A stretch of DNA of 64,000 bases from Ignavibacteriota bacterium (GCA_963727825.1 CAVSHO010000012.1:12061-76060); one strand, 5' to 3'; counted from the first letter of the stretch, positions 41,677 to 54,071 are shown. Numbers and translations: made by a program. Notes: a model not told the origin generated them from the sequence alone.

Positions 41677-44183
41677 TCATAGATTACTTTTTACACATCC
41701 GCACAAACGTAAAGAAAGCGAATGATATTTTCCTTCAGCAATTGAATCTGCCGGATTAATACGAACCAATCGTTTATACATTTCCGCCGCTGATGAATAT
41801 CGTTGTTTGCTCTCATAGAGAGCGCCCTGCAAAGAAAGCGCCTGTTGATTGTTAGGATCTAATTGCAAGAGACGATACAATTCCTCGATAGCATCCTCTT
41901 GAAGTCCCATCGCTAAATAAATCCGGGCAATAGAAAACTGGAATGTATGGCGCTGTGCTGCGTTGGATGCTTCGCGATAGGGAATCGCATGAGTGCAACA
42001 ATGCAGCAAGTCCCCTTACGTATGGATTTGATGAATCAATTGCCTGTGCAATATGTACACTTTCGCTAGCAGCAAGAGTATCTCCTAATTGAAGGGAGAA
42101 TAGTACACGAAAGATGTGTGAAAGCAGCAGATTTGGATTCATTCGCAGCGACTGTTGCAGCATAGATATTGCCTGTTTACGGAATCCTAATTGCCAATAT
42201 TTGCTTGCAACGCCAACAAATCGTTCCGCTTGTTCCAAAGGTACTGTGGTATCCTTTGCTTGTTGCAATAGTGCGATGATCTCCATATGAAAGGAAGACA
42301 GCTGGACAAACGCTCCGGCTTGCGGCATCAATCGAACTTTTTCGAACTGCATCGATGCAGAATCAAGCTCCATAGCAAACTCTTTTGCAACGGCTAGATG
42401 AAACATTCCTTCCGTATACGCGCGATGGTTCACAGTAAGTCTCTGTATAATATTTTCTGCTTCTCGTGGATTATCTTCCAGAATACAGAGCGCTTTGTGC
42501 CATGACATACTTGTTTCCGAATCCGGTGGACTATTTTTTTTGTCCTCAAATACTTTCTGCTTTTGTTGCATAACTTCATAGATTTCAATATTTGCAAAAC
42601 GATGAACCTTTTTAAAGGCAAACAGTCTTGACCGAATCATTAGACTTTCATATTCATTTAACCCTAAAAAAGAAACAGCTCCGACAATATAATGCACTGG
42701 ATAATCTCTAAGAAGACGATCAAAAGCGTCTGGGCTTAATTGCGGCTCTGCATCAATAATCTTCCGCCCATTGAGCCAGAATGTTAATTCTTTCCATCTG
42801 CTTACGACCACGGTTGAAGAATCTGAGTGCTGGACAATCCATTCACCAGCAAGGGGAAACGGTTTTGTTAACAGCCATGGATATTCTGAATCGTTTCTGA
42901 TTTGCTCATAGAACTGCTCCGGTGATTGCCTATAGTGCCGGCTATTTCTTATGTAATTCATCATCCATATTCCATTTGGAATAAGCATAATTATGATTAC
43001 GGCTGCACTCAACACATTCCTCATCCGTATATTTTTCTCGACAATCCAAATGGATACATTCTTCATACCAGCCGCACAGAAATATATCATCACAAAGAGA
43101 AACGGAAAAAGAAACCGGCCGTCATTGATCGGATATAAAAGAATAAGACCGCTGTAACAAACGAGAAATATGAATAGAAACGTAACAGTTTTAGAATTTC
43201 TCATTTGATACTTCACGCCAACTACGCACAGTATTATCGTCGCAATAACAAGCGCCCATTGAAGAATCGGATATACTGACAAAACAAATGGAACTAACGG
43301 ATCATAGGCGGAAAGAAACGATACTGCATGCTGCGGATATGCGGGAATAAAAATTAAATTACCTATTAATCGCACATACACAGAAATATTATCCTGTAAA
43401 CGAGCAATAAATTCCGCTATTAGCGATTCTTTACCGGTTGTATACAAATGCATGAAAAAGAAGTTTGTATTGCGCAAAGAAGGGTTTTCAATGTTTGCAA
43501 CGATTATTTCATTACGGATATACCACAATAAATACACAGAAACAGTTGATAAAAAAATGAGCAATGCATAACGATAGTTCTTTTTCCAGAGAAGAAATAA
43601 AACCGCTCCGATCATAAGTGTAAAGCCGACTTCACGTAAAAATACTCCGCAAATAATGACAATAATAAATCCTATCTTCAGCGCAAGAGAAGAATTTTCT
43701 TTTTCAAGAAATTTTTCCGCAAAGAAACCATAGAGGACAAGACAAAAAGCAAATGGCACATCAGAAAGAATTTGCGTTGAATAAATCAGCATGTATGAAT
43801 TCAGTGCAAGAAATAGTGAACCGAGAAGTGCGTAGCGATCTCCAATCGTTTTTCTCAGCCACAGATAGAAAAGCAGCAAAACAAAACACCCGATAAGAAG
43901 AGTCGTCACTTTTGCCGCATACACACTTTGTGGAAAGAAAAAAGCTCCCGGAACAAGTAAAAATGGGATACATCGGGGCATGGACAACATAACAAATCGG
44001 TTCCGGTGCCGATAAGTCTTGTAGCCCTTCGCCATGAGCCAGAGAATTGGCCCACACTAAATAGCGCGCGCTATCCGGTGTATAAATAATCATATTGGAA
44101 AGAGAACAGATACCAAGAAGGAAAAAGAGTCCACATAAAATAGTTATACCAAGATATCTGCGTAATAATAAATTTTGGCTCAT
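41677..44183 (-). CDS. Membrane glycosyltransferase-like (GT-C/PMT-type) protein with C-terminal TPRs and two apparent frameshifts
   Basis: YTPDSARYLVWANSLAHG, ILSDVPF and DGRFLFP across overlapping ORFs 43761-44183, 41852-44035 and 41677-42009. Confidence 0.7.
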
Positions 44184-44216
44184 CTTTTTGCCCTTATGAA
44201 GTCATTCACTTGATGT

Positions 44217-45383
44217 CTACTTACCGAAGACTAATTTTATTTGCACAACTTCCGGACGACTTCCTGTACGCATTGGCGGTCCCCATGTTCCGACACCGCA
44301 AGAAACATAAATATGCGTATTGCCTTTCTGCTTGTAACCCCAACCGACTTCGTACACTGCGTCAGTAATATAATTAAACGGCCACAATTGCCCGTTGTGG
44401 GTATGACCGGATAATTGCAGATCAACACCTTGTTCAACCGATTCATTCAAATGCATCGGCTGATGATCCATCAAAATAACAGGAAGATTCTTATTAACAG
44501 TCTTCATCAATTCGCTCAAGGGTTTGCGTTTCCCCATACCGAATTGGCTGATGCTGATATCCTCGCGCCCTACAAGTGTAAAAGCATCTGCAATTTGTGC
44601 GACGCTATCTCTCAGCATCACTACGCCATGCTCTGTCAAATATTTACACGCCGCCTCGACCCCGCCGATATATTCATGGTTTCCGGTGATTCCATAGATG
44701 CCGTACTTTGATTTAATTTGCCGTAAAGTTTCGCCAAGATTTTGTCGTATCACAGGGGCGATATCTTCATCAACCAGATCACCGGCGAATAGGACAATAT
44801 CCGGATTCAATGAATTAATCTTCTCCACGATACGCATAAAATGACTATTACAAACGATGGTGCCGAGGTGAACATCAGAGACCATTGCAATGTTCAATTC
44901 CTTTAACGGAGATTCTTTATGAATCGTCAACTCCAATGTTTTAATTTGCGGCGACATTTGATTTAAACGTGCACCAATAATGGTCAACAGCACAATACCC
45001 ACTACAGCTGATGCAATGATTTGTTTGGCGTACTGATAATTCTGAGTGATAATAGCCGGAAAGAACGGCACAAAATAGTTTGCAAGTCTTAGAATATCGA
45101 TCACTAAAAGAATAATAACAAAATACGCCATTGCTCCGAGCCAGAATGAACCAATCCACACAAGTCCATCAGTAAGCCACGAGATCGAAATACGTTCTAA
45201 TAGCCGCGCGATAAAGTATGAAAGCGCAAGAGACCAAAACACTACGGTGAACCATTGCCTCAACGATGAAGCAGATGGTATTGCCTGCAAACCACGGAGA
45301 TAGATATACGTGTTGATTAGTCCATAAAGGACAATAACGATGGAAAAGAAAATAATAAATGCATGCGTGCGAGTCATATTCAT
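44217..45383 (-). CDS. Membrane-anchored metallophosphoesterase (YkuE-like)
   Basis: SDVHLG, GDLVD, GNHE and SGHTHNGQ. Confidence 0.92.
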   Translation of the reverse strand: MNMTRTHAFIIFFSIVIVLYGLINTYIYLRGLQAIPSASSLRQWFTVVFWSLALSYFIARLLERISISWLTDGLVWIGSFWLGAMAYFVIILLVIDILRLANYFVPFFPAIITQNYQYAKQIIASAVVGIVLLTIIGARLNQMSPQIKTLELTIHKESPLKELNIAMVSDVHLGTIVCNSHFMRIVEKINSLNPDIVLFAGDLVDEDIAPVIRQNLGETLRQIKSKYGIYGITGNHEYIGGVEAACKYLTEHGVVMLRDSVAQIADAFTLVGREDISISQFGMGKRKPLSELMKTVNKNLPVILMDHQPMHLNESVEQGVDLQLSGHTHNGQLWPFNYITDAVYEVGWGYKQKGNTHIYVSCGVGTWGPPMRTGSRPEVVQIKLVFGK

Positions 45384-45529
45384 TCCTAAATATTAGCATG
45401 TAGAATAGAACAATAGAATTGAAAATTCAAGCGATATTATTCCTCTATACTCATTTACAGTTTGATTCTTGATTCTATAATTCATAGAATATAGAAGATG
45501 AGATAAGAGTATCGGAAAGGAAAACGGAC

Positions 45530-45964
45530 GTGGAAGCATTTATGAAGACAGCTATTGAAGAAGCCAGACTTAGTTTGCAAGAAGGCGGTATTCCCATTGG
45601 TTCTGTACTAGTACGTGATGACAAGATAATCGGGCGTGGGCATAACCGCCGTATTCAGAATGGCGATCCGCTCGCTCATGCAGAAATCGAATGCATCCGG
45701 AATGCCGGACGCATAGGTTCGTATTCCAATACAATTCTCCTCTCGACTCTCATGCCATGCTATCTTTGTTCCGGTGCAATTGTGCAGTTCGGGATAGAAA
45801 AAATAATAGTCGGTGAATCTCGGACATTCAAGGGAGATATAGAATTTCTTAAAGACCACTGGGTTACAGTGGAAGATTGGGATATGGACGAATGTTTTGA
45901 ATTAATGGAAGGGTTTATTAAAAAGAATCCAACTCTCTGGAATGAAGATATCGGGAAACTATAA
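45530..45964 (+). CDS. Cytosine/nucleoside deaminase (Zn-dependent, CDA fold)
   Basis: HAE and PCYLC motifs; WNEDIG C-terminus. Confidence 0.88.
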   Translation: MEAFMKTAIEEARLSLQEGGIPIGSVLVRDDKIIGRGHNRRIQNGDPLAHAEIECIRNAGRIGSYSNTILLSTLMPCYLCSGAIVQFGIEKIIVGESRTFKGDIEFLKDHWVTVEDWDMDECFELMEGFIKKNPTLWNEDIGKL

Positions 45965-45980
45965 CAGCGAGCATTTAACA

Positions 45981-46478
45981 ATGAGCAACGAGCTAAAAAC
46001 GACAAACGATGAACGGCAACAATTTATGCGTGAAGCAATTCGGCTTTCGATTGAGAATGTTCGATCAGGTAAAGGAGGGCCTTTCGCTGCTGTAGTGGTC
46101 AAAGACGGAACAATCATCGCGCGAGGCACGAACATCGTCACCTCTGCTATCGATCCAACAGCACATGCCGAAGTTATTGCAATCCGCGAGGCGTGTAAAA
46201 CGCTTGGTAAATTTCAGTTGAATGGATGCGAAATCTATACTTCCTGCGAACCCTGCCCAATGTGTCTTGGAGCTATTTATTGGGCTCGACTGGAACGGGT
46301 TTTCTACGGCAATACGAAACAAGATGCAGCAGAAATAGGATTTGACGATTCGTTTATCTACGAGGAACTTCCTAAAAAGATCAGCAACCGGAGTATCCCA
46401 ATGGTGCAGGTAATGCATGAAGAAGCACTTGCTGCCTTTAATGAGTGGAAAGAAAAACCGGATAAGATTGAGTATTGA
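45981..46478 (+). CDS. guaD: Guanine deaminase (CDA fold, B. subtilis type)
   Basis: GGPFAAVVV, DPTAHAEV, SCEPCPMCLGAIYWA and GFDDSFIY. Confidence 0.88.
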   Translation: MSNELKTTNDERQQFMREAIRLSIENVRSGKGGPFAAVVVKDGTIIARGTNIVTSAIDPTAHAEVIAIREACKTLGKFQLNGCEIYTSCEPCPMCLGAIYWARLERVFYGNTKQDAAEIGFDDSFIYEELPKKISNRSIPMVQVMHEEALAAFNEWKEKPDKIEY

Positions 46479-46544
46479 TATTTCTCCGCTAATATTTCAG
46501 CGTACAAGTTAGAAGTGTATTTACCTAATAAATTCTCTTTTCAC

Positions 46545-49500
46545 TTATGCTTTTTGATCTAATATTTGCCGAATTATCCGTAATACGTCATTCGGCTCAT
46601 ACGGTTTCTGAATAAAACCCTTAGCTCCATCTTTCAAGAGTTCCGATTTTATATCCGGTTCAAAATATCCACTGGCAAATATTACTTTCACGCTTGGATT
46701 AACCTCTTTAAGTTTTTTAAATTCATCTGATCCTGTCAGCACCGGAAGCCCCAAGTCAGTAATGACAAGTGCAATCTCTTGCATATGAGATTGATATATA
46801 TTAACTGCTTCAAGGCCATCACGCGCGCATAGCACATTGTACCCTTTGGATTCGAGTAAGAAATTCACCATTTGAATAAGCATCTCTTCATCTTCAACGA
46901 ACAGAATTGTCTCTGTACCGCCGACTTCGAATGATTCGATTGAATGTTGAGAATCGATCGCTTGTCTATTGGAAGCTATGACAGGAAAAAAGACCTGAAA
47001 GGTCGTACCGCGACCCGGTTCACTCTTTAAATCTATAAAGCCATGGTGTGCTTGTATAACACCATAGACAACGGACAAACCGAGCCCTGTTCCTTTTCCC
47101 TTTTCCTTGGTTGTGAAGAACGGATCAAATACCCTAGCGCATGTTGCCTTGTCCATTCCTTTACCCGTATCGGTTACAGTCAAACATACGTATGCTTCCT
47201 CATTTGCAGAGGGGAACTGCTGAGTAATCTGTTCTCTTGTATGTTTCCCTGCCGCGATAGAGATTGATCCGCCATCCGGCATGGCATCCCTTGCATTAAC
47301 GCAAAGATTCAATAATGCTTGATGGATTTGTGTACGATCTGCAAAGATAAGCGGAAGACTATCTGCAATGTTCTCTGAGAATATGATAGTCTTAGGAAAG
47401 GTTTGATCCAACATTGAAAGAAGTTCGTGTATCAATTCAGAAATATTCGTCGGTTCAAATACGATATCAGTTTTCCGCGCAAACGTGAGAATCTGGCGAA
47501 CAAGTGCAGCTCCTCGTTGTACCGCCTGATTGATGGCGGTAATACTTGTCGCAAATTTATCCGGACTCAACTGACTCTTATTGAGAAGAGAAGAGTAAGC
47601 CAAGATGATGCCGAGTATATTGTTAAAGTCGTGTGCAATACCGCCGGCAAGCGTACCAATGCTCTGTATTTTCTGTGTTTGAAGAAGCTGGCTCTGCAGC
47701 TTTTTTTGTTCAGAAATGTCGCGCACAACAATCTGCATAGCGCGTTTTTCCTTGTAGATAATCGGCAATGCGGCAACTTCTACCTCGATAACAGATCCAT
47801 CCACCCGCATGAATTTTTGTTCTGTTAATGGAAGCGCATATTCTTCCTTCACCACTGCAATGATTTGCTGATGAATAGAGTCTCGATAATCCGGATGAAT
47901 GATATCCAAGAATGGTTTACCGACTAATTCCGATGCGCTATTTGCGCCAAGGAGCGTAATGGCAGCAGGATTAACATACACGATTTTCCCTTCGCTATGC
48001 ACCGCAATGGCATCCGGAGAAAATTCCACAAGGCGCCTATAGCGTTCTTCGCTTTCTTTCAGTTCAATTTCTGCTTTTTTGCGTTCGGTAATGTCTTTGG
48101 AAATACCAAAAGTGCCAATAATCTCTCCTTCTCTATCCCGCAAAGGCATCTTCGTGGTAGTTACCCACGTCTCGCTTCCATCAGGCCACGTTTCCTTCTC
48201 TTCGAATCCTATCAATGGTTTGCCTATTTTTATAATCTTCTGTTCATCTTTAAAGGCCAGTTGAGCATGTTGTTCAGTGAAAAAGTCGAAATCCGTTTTA
48301 CCCATAGCCTCTGCTGGGTCGCTTAATCCAAATCTCGCAGCAAGAGACTTATTCATTCTTATAAAACGGCTCTCTTTGTCTTTGAAATAAATATAGTCGG
48401 GAACATTGTCCATCAATATATTCATCAGAAATTGTTCTTTTGCCAGCGTCTCTTCCGCTCGCTTGCGCTCAGTGATATCAGTATTGAAGCCATGCCATAT
48501 TATACTACCATCATTTAGCTTCTCCGGCATTGATTGCCCATACATCCATCTGATTGGACCATCGGGTATCTGTACCCTATATTCGCATTGAAAAAGAGTT
48601 AGATGTTCAGCTGACCTTTTTATGGAATTGATTACATTACTTAAATCCTCGGGTAATATAACCTTCGCTATAGGAGAAAAATCATCGCGCACATCTTGCG
48701 GTGAACATCCAAAAACATCTCGGATACCTTCACTGGTTAATGGCACACAAAAGGTTCCATCGGGCTTTTGCATAAATTGATAAATCATTCCTGGTACTTG
48801 AGCAGCGAGTTTTTCAAATTGAATATCGCGTGCCCGCAGTGCTTCTTCAGCCTTCTTGCGCTCAGTGATGTCGCGCGCGACACCTACCATTGCAATAGGA
48901 GCACCAGAATTGTTTTTGACAACGGAAGTCCATAATTCAACTGTGAACTCAGTGCCGTTCTTACGCCTATTACGAATTTCTCCATGCCAGCCATTTTTCA
49001 TTGTTCCTGATTGAATAGCATCACTCTCTTTAGAAGATACAATTGACGACCGAACAATTGAAATATTTTTCCCAAGCAACTCAGCTTCAGAATATCCATA
49101 AGTTGTAATGAAAGAATCATTAACAAATAGAATATTGTTTTCAAGATCAGTGATAGAAATGCAGTCCTTTATCGATTTAACTGCTTGTGCCAATAGTTGA
49201 CTTTCTTCCTCTACTTTTTTATGTTTTCGCCACAATTGAGCTTCCGCAAGTTCACGCTTCACAAGCGGAACAAACGGAAAAGTTTGTCTTTCATCAGATA
49301 GTCGCTGTGCACCAGCTTTCATAAGTTCCGCTGCAGTTTCTTCTCCAATGCTACCGGATACAACTATGAAAGGAATGTCAAGCTTGGTCTTTTGCAGGAT
49401 TGCAAGAGCAGCAGGTGCATTAAACCCGGGCAATTTATAATCTGAAATGACAATATCCCACGTTTGCTTTTCCAGCGCCGCTTCCATGTCTTTTGCAGTT

Positions 49501-49631
49501 TCAACTCGTTCGTAGTGAATTGAATATTCCGATTTCTCCAATTGTCTTAGAACAAGTTCAGCATCGATTTTTGAGTCCTCAACAATTAGAACCCGCAGCA
49601 ATATTTTCATATCAACTTTTCGCTTCTTCAT
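46545..49631 (-). CDS. Hybrid sensor histidine kinase (REC-4xPAS-HisKA-HATPase-REC)
   Basis: [16 protein letters not shown] and both REC domains. A short off-frame stretch near 49270-49305 suggests compensating frameshifts. Confidence 0.93.
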   Translation of the reverse strand: MKKRKVDMKILLRVLIVEDSKIDAELVLRQLEKSEYSIHYERVETAKDMEAALEKQTWDIVISDYKLPGFNAPAALAILQKTKLDIPFIVVSGSIGEETAAELMKAGAQRLSDERQTFPFVPLVKRELAEAQLWRKHKKVEEESQLLAQAVKSIKDCISITDLENNILFVNDSFITTYGYSEAELLGKNISIVRSSIVSSKESDAIQSGTMKNGWHGEIRNRRKNGTEFTVELWTSVVKNNSGAPIAMVGVARDITERKKAEEALRARDIQFEKLAAQVPGMIYQFMQKPDGTFCVPLTSEGIRDVFGCSPQDVRDDFSPIAKVILPEDLSNVINSIKRSAEHLTLFQCEYRVQIPDGPIRWMYGQSMPEKLNDGSIIWHGFNTDITERKRAEETLAKEQFLMNILMDNVPDYIYFKDKESRFIRMNKSLAARFGLSDPAEAMGKTDFDFFTEQHAQLAFKDEQKIIKIGKPLIGFEEKETWPDGSETWVTTTKMPLRDREGEIIGTFGISKDITERKKAEIELKESEERYRRLVEFSPDAIAVHSEGKIVYVNPAAITLLGANSASELVGKPFLDIIHPDYRDSIHQQIIAVVKEEYALPLTEQKFMRVDGSVIEVEVAALPIIYKEKRAMQIVVRDISEQKKLQSQLLQTQKIQSIGTLAGGIAHDFNNILGIILAYSSLLNKSQLSPDKFATSITAINQAVQRGAALVRQILTFARKTDIVFEPTNISELIHELLSMLDQTFPKTIIFSENIADSLPLIFADRTQIHQALLNLCVNARDAMPDGGSISIAAGKHTREQITQQFPSANEEAYVCLTVTDTGKGMDKATCARVFDPFFTTKEKGKGTGLGLSVVYGVIQAHHGFIDLKSEPGRGTTFQVFFPVIASNRQAIDSQHSIESFEVGGTETILFVEDEEMLIQMVNFLLESKGYNVLCARDGLEAVNIYQSHMQEIALVITDLGLPVLTGSDEFKKLKEVNPSVKVIFASGYFEPDIKSELLKDGAKGFIQKPYEPNDVLRIIRQILDQKA

Positions 49632-49728
49632 ATAATTTTAGATCTAAAGGATTCCCTTACCATAGTTATTTATTCAAAAATTGTAACTGCTAACGCAAAT
49701 TTAATTAAATAAAATAAACATCCTTGCA

Positions 49729-49840
49729 GTCCCGCATAGCGGGACGAGGTATTTTGTCACTCCCGCGTACGCGGGAGTCTAACGTTCTGGATTCCTCCCG
49801 ACTTTGTCGGGACGGGAATGACGCCGCAAGCGGCGGGGTA
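49729..49840. repeat. REP-like doublet TGTCACTCCCGCG..CGGGAATGAC with an inserted TCCCGACTTTGTCGGGA hairpin and flanking hairpins
   Basis: Direct inspection. The insert is the reverse complement of the hairpin at 27975-27991. Confidence 0.7.
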
Positions 49841-49962
49841 TTAAATCCGAAAAAGAATTAAATTATTTTTTCTCCTTCCCCAAAAGGGAAGGTGACTAAT
49901 CAGATAAAATAGTTCTGACAATTATCATAAATTATGACGACAAATAAATAATATGCATAATA

Positions 49963-51363
49963 TCATTGTTTTTTCTCTTTTTTTTCTGTTTTAGTAGGAT
50001 TATAGTCAGGATACAATTTGGGAATGCAGTCGGGGCATACGCCATGAGTGAAGGTTGCATCTGTATGAGTTTGGATATATCTCTCAACTTGCTGCCAGTA
50101 GCCTTCATCGTCTCTTATCTTCTTGCACACTGAGCATATTGGAAGCAAACCGCCTAACGTCTTGACTTGGGAGAGCGCCTCCTGAAGTTTAACCAATAGT
50201 TTTTGTTTGTCTTCTTCTAACCATTTTTGATTTGTTATGTTGCGCGCAATACCCATAACAGAAGTAATCTGACCTATATCATTACGCAGCGGTACCAACC
50301 AAGTACCCAGCCAGATTAATTGATCCATAAATGTCATTTTGCTTTCAACATACTTAGACATTCCTGTTTCAAAAACATTTTGCATGTCGCGCTGATGTTC
50401 GCGCGGCATTTCTGGCGGCAACAATAGCATCCATTTTTTTCCAATAATCTCTTCCGGCCGTTTGTGTAATAGTGCAACAGCAGATGTATTAACATATTCC
50501 ACAATATCGTCACGATTGATAATAAAGATCATATCTTGTGCCGCTTCTGCCAATGTTCGATATCGCTCTTCGCTTGCACGCAATGCCTTCTCTGCCTGTT
50601 TGCGCTCTGTGATATCGCGTGCTATGACCTGAACTGCACTCATTCCTTCGAATGTAATTGGAACGGACGCGACTTCCACATCAACGACTGTTCCATCCGA
50701 ACGTAAGAATTTTTCCTCTGTTAAAGGTTGTGCGTTACCGTTTTCCACCGCTCCAATAATCCGTTTACGCACAGACTCTCTATAATCCGGATGAACGACA
50801 TCGAGGACTGGTTTGCCAATTAGTTCCGACTTGTTGTGTGCACGGAAAAGCTTGATTGCGGCGGGATTAACATATACAATTCTTCCATTAGCATGCACTG
50901 CAACGGTATCAGGGGAAACCTCGACAAGACGCCGATATCGCTCTTCGCTTTCACTCAATGCTTTTTCTGTTTTTTGATGCTCTCGTCGCACTTGTGCTTC
51001 TGCAATTTCACGTTTTACAACTGAAACCAAGCGTTTAAGTTTGTCTTTCAAGAGATAGTCGCTCGCCCCGGATTTCATAAGTTCCACTGCAGTTTCTTCG
51101 CCGATTGCACCAGAAACGACGATAAATGGAATATCCAGACCAGTCTTTTGTAAAAGCGTCAGAGCGGCAAATGCATTAAACTGTGGTAATTTGAAATCTG
51201 CAATTATAATGTCCCATCTGAGCATTTCTAATGCAGCTTTCATTTCATCGGCGGTTTCGATTCGCTCGTGATGGATTGTATAGCCTGCCTTCGTTAAATG
51301 TTGCAGAACCCAATCGGCATCTATTTTAGAGTCTTCAATAATTAAGACATGCAATGTGCTCAT
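49963..51363 (-). CDS. REC-PAS-PAS signalling protein with a C-terminal Cys-rich tail
   Basis: N-terminal REC, two PAS domains and LLPICSVCKKIRDDEGYW..THGVCPDC. Confidence 0.88.
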   Translation of the reverse strand: MSTLHVLIIEDSKIDADWVLQHLTKAGYTIHHERIETADEMKAALEMLRWDIIIADFKLPQFNAFAALTLLQKTGLDIPFIVVSGAIGEETAVELMKSGASDYLLKDKLKRLVSVVKREIAEAQVRREHQKTEKALSESEERYRRLVEVSPDTVAVHANGRIVYVNPAAIKLFRAHNKSELIGKPVLDVVHPDYRESVRKRIIGAVENGNAQPLTEEKFLRSDGTVVDVEVASVPITFEGMSAVQVIARDITERKQAEKALRASEERYRTLAEAAQDMIFIINRDDIVEYVNTSAVALLHKRPEEIIGKKWMLLLPPEMPREHQRDMQNVFETGMSKYVESKMTFMDQLIWLGTWLVPLRNDIGQITSVMGIARNITNQKWLEEDKQKLLVKLQEALSQVKTLGGLLPICSVCKKIRDDEGYWQQVERYIQTHTDATFTHGVCPDCIPKLYPDYNPTKTEKKEKKQ

Positions 51364-51391
51364 AATATCCCCACTATTGTTTTCTTGACCA

Positions 51392-52393
51392 TCAAAGATA
51401 TGCTACTCTATTTCTGCCGTTGCGTTGAGCATCATAAAGTGTTTCTTTGACGGTAATCAACAATTCCTTTTCCGAAAAAGCATTTTTCGGAAAAGCCGCT
51501 GCTCCAATGCTAACCGTTGTGCGAATTCCCTGCTGTGTAAATTCTGTCTCCTCAATCGCCTTACGCAGCTCTTCAGCGAATGTGATTCCGGCTTCCAGCG
51601 AAGCATTCTCGCGTAGAACAATTATCTCGTCAAATCCATAACGACTTGCAGCATCCATCGGTCGCAGGCGCGCTTTGACAAGGTTTGCTATTTCTCTAAG
51701 CATTTTCTTCGATGCTTCATAACCGTACGTTCCACCAATTTGCTTATAGTTATCGATATCTAAAATGAAAAGACATATACTTTCATGGCTTTCTTCGGCG
51801 CGCGAGATACTCGTACTAAGACGTTCAAGAAAAGGTGCGTACTTTTCTAATTCCGTTTCATGATCAATTTTATCTAATCGGAGGTTTTTTTCATATAGAT
51901 ATGATTTATTCAATGCAATGCTTGTTAGATCGGCGAAACTCTGGAGTATTCGCAGATCTTGTTCTGAGAATGCATTCGATTCATGAGAATCAGCATAGAG
52001 ATAACCGAGCGTCCGGAGTTCAGCAGAGATTTGTAAACACACGGCAGAACGGAACGGATATTCCAGCTGCACCTCGTCGGCGAGCTGCGATTCTCGTTCT
52101 CCATCTGTAATTAATATTGGTTTTCCAGTCGAAAGCATTTTGGCAATTGCACCCGTGCCCAGCGAACGCCGAAATTCTTTTACATAGCGATGAGATAAAT
52201 TATGATTTGTGGACACTTGCAGGTATTCTGTTGCAGGATTAATGATAATCACTGCACAAGTTTGGCAGCCGTAGATTCGAACAATTCTATCAACGATAAG
52301 TGAAAGCACGCGTTCCGGTTCGTGCGTAGAATTGAGGATACTCAGAACTTCAGAGAAAAAGTGCAGACATTCTTCAGGTTTCAAGTGAGCCAT
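51392..52393 (-). CDS. GAF-GGDEF protein with a degenerate active site (GFDEI)
   Basis: GAF domain, LDIDNYK, RYGFDEI, TVSIG and GRNRV. Confidence 0.85.
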   Translation of the reverse strand: MAHLKPEECLHFFSEVLSILNSTHEPERVLSLIVDRIVRIYGCQTCAVIIINPATEYLQVSTNHNLSHRYVKEFRRSLGTGAIAKMLSTGKPILITDGERESQLADEVQLEYPFRSAVCLQISAELRTLGYLYADSHESNAFSEQDLRILQSFADLTSIALNKSYLYEKNLRLDKIDHETELEKYAPFLERLSTSISRAEESHESICLFILDIDNYKQIGGTYGYEASKKMLREIANLVKARLRPMDAASRYGFDEIIVLRENASLEAGITFAEELRKAIEETEFTQQGIRTTVSIGAAAFPKNAFSEKELLITVKETLYDAQRNGRNRVAYL

Positions 52394-52497
52394 AAGCCAC
52401 CTCCTTTCGGGATGTGATTGAGAAACACTTGATAATAAATATTTAGCCGTCGAAAGATATCTATAATATAGTAATTATATTCTTATCACCTTCCGGT

Positions 52498-53971
52498 TTA
52501 TTTGTCCTTTCCATCTAATTCTTGTTTTTGTCTCTTTTCTTTTTGATCTTTTCCCTGCTTCATCAATATCTCAATTTCCCCAATTGTTCGGGGCGCGGCT
52601 TCCGAAAGAATTTTGCATCCGTTCTCGGTAACAAGTATATCATCTTCAATTCTGATCCCAATGCCCCAATACTTTTTATTACAGTTACTGCTATCAGGAA
52701 TATATAATCCGGGTTCGATTGTAAAAACCATCCCCGGCAATAGCCTTTCTGTCGAACCAACGTCATGCACATCCAATCCTACGAAATGACTGACACCGTG
52801 CGGGCAATATTTTTTCACATCATTTTTATCTTGAATGATGCCAAGCTTTATTAATCCTTCACCGAGAACCTCCATCGCCTTTTTTCCAGACACATTCATC
52901 GGCGTATTTGATTTTACTTCTTTAATTGCTGAATTCTGTGCGTTCAAAACAAGTTCATAAATTTCCTTTTGTGCAGGAGAATATGTTCCATTCACGGGAA
53001 TTGTGCGCGTTACATCAGCTGAGTAACCATGGTATTCCGCGCCAATATCCATCACTACCAACTCTCCACTGTTCATTTGCCGACGATTTGCATCGTAATG
53101 AAAGTTCAATGCATTAGGCCCTGAACCGATTATAGATGGGAAGCCGTAATATTCACATCCACTCCGCGTGTAGCAATATTCGACGGCAGCTTGAAGCTCG
53201 TATTCGTACATACCAGGCTCACAGCTTTTCATTGCTTCAATACATCCAGACACCGTAGCATCTATAGCCTTCTGCATCAGGTACTAATTCATCATTGGAT
53301 TTCACGGCGCGCAAATCACTCACTAACGATCCTGAATTTCTTATCGTAAGGTTCGGATATTTTTCTTCTAACCCTTTTCTTACCTCGCGTACAGACACAA
53401 ATTTTGTATTTGAAATTGGGTCAAAAAGAATATCTGGTAATGATGGCGTGTAGTAGAGAATATTTATTGATTTAAGAATTTGCGGTAGAAGCTCTTTCAA
53501 TTTTTCGGTCGTTAATACAGCGCTTTTTGTTCCTTCGGCACCGAAACCAAGAACTTGGTTTGCTCCCTCCAAGCCAAGATTAGGACCAATCCAGCTTTTT
53601 GTATATTCATTGACAAAAAGGATTTCCTTCACTATTGTGATACTATCTATTCGTATTCCATCCGATGCAAGAATAAGCGTGCTGTTCGTTTCATTACAAC
53701 CAGTCAGATACAGAAAATTATCATTCTGTCTAAATTTGTAATCAGTATCTCCATTCCGATTGTCGGGAACATTTGCACAGAAAACAGCAACAGAGCCGGA
53801 ATCCATCCTTGCAATTACTGCTGCACGGCGCTGTTGATACTCTTGCGGCTTTATACCGTCCGTATCATAAATGCCGTATTTCGCAAAAGGCGAGTTGACA
53901 ATAATTTGACTTAATGCGAATGAAACATCTAGGAAAAAAAGGAGAATGAGGGTAGAATAAATATTTTTCAT
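52498..53971 (-). CDS. pepP: Xaa-Pro aminopeptidase with signal peptide, frameshifted near 53281
   Basis: FRQNDNFLYLTG (AMP_N domain), DVTRT, HFVGLDVHD, TIEPG and GIRIEDD over two ORFs. Confidence 0.88.
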
Positions 53972-54071
53972 ACCTTCTCACCATTAAAAGAAATGAAGAA
54001 TTCGAATAATTCTCCGGCGTCAACGAAAACAACAATTAACGCCGACGCCGTAGAAAAAAAATGCACGCAAA

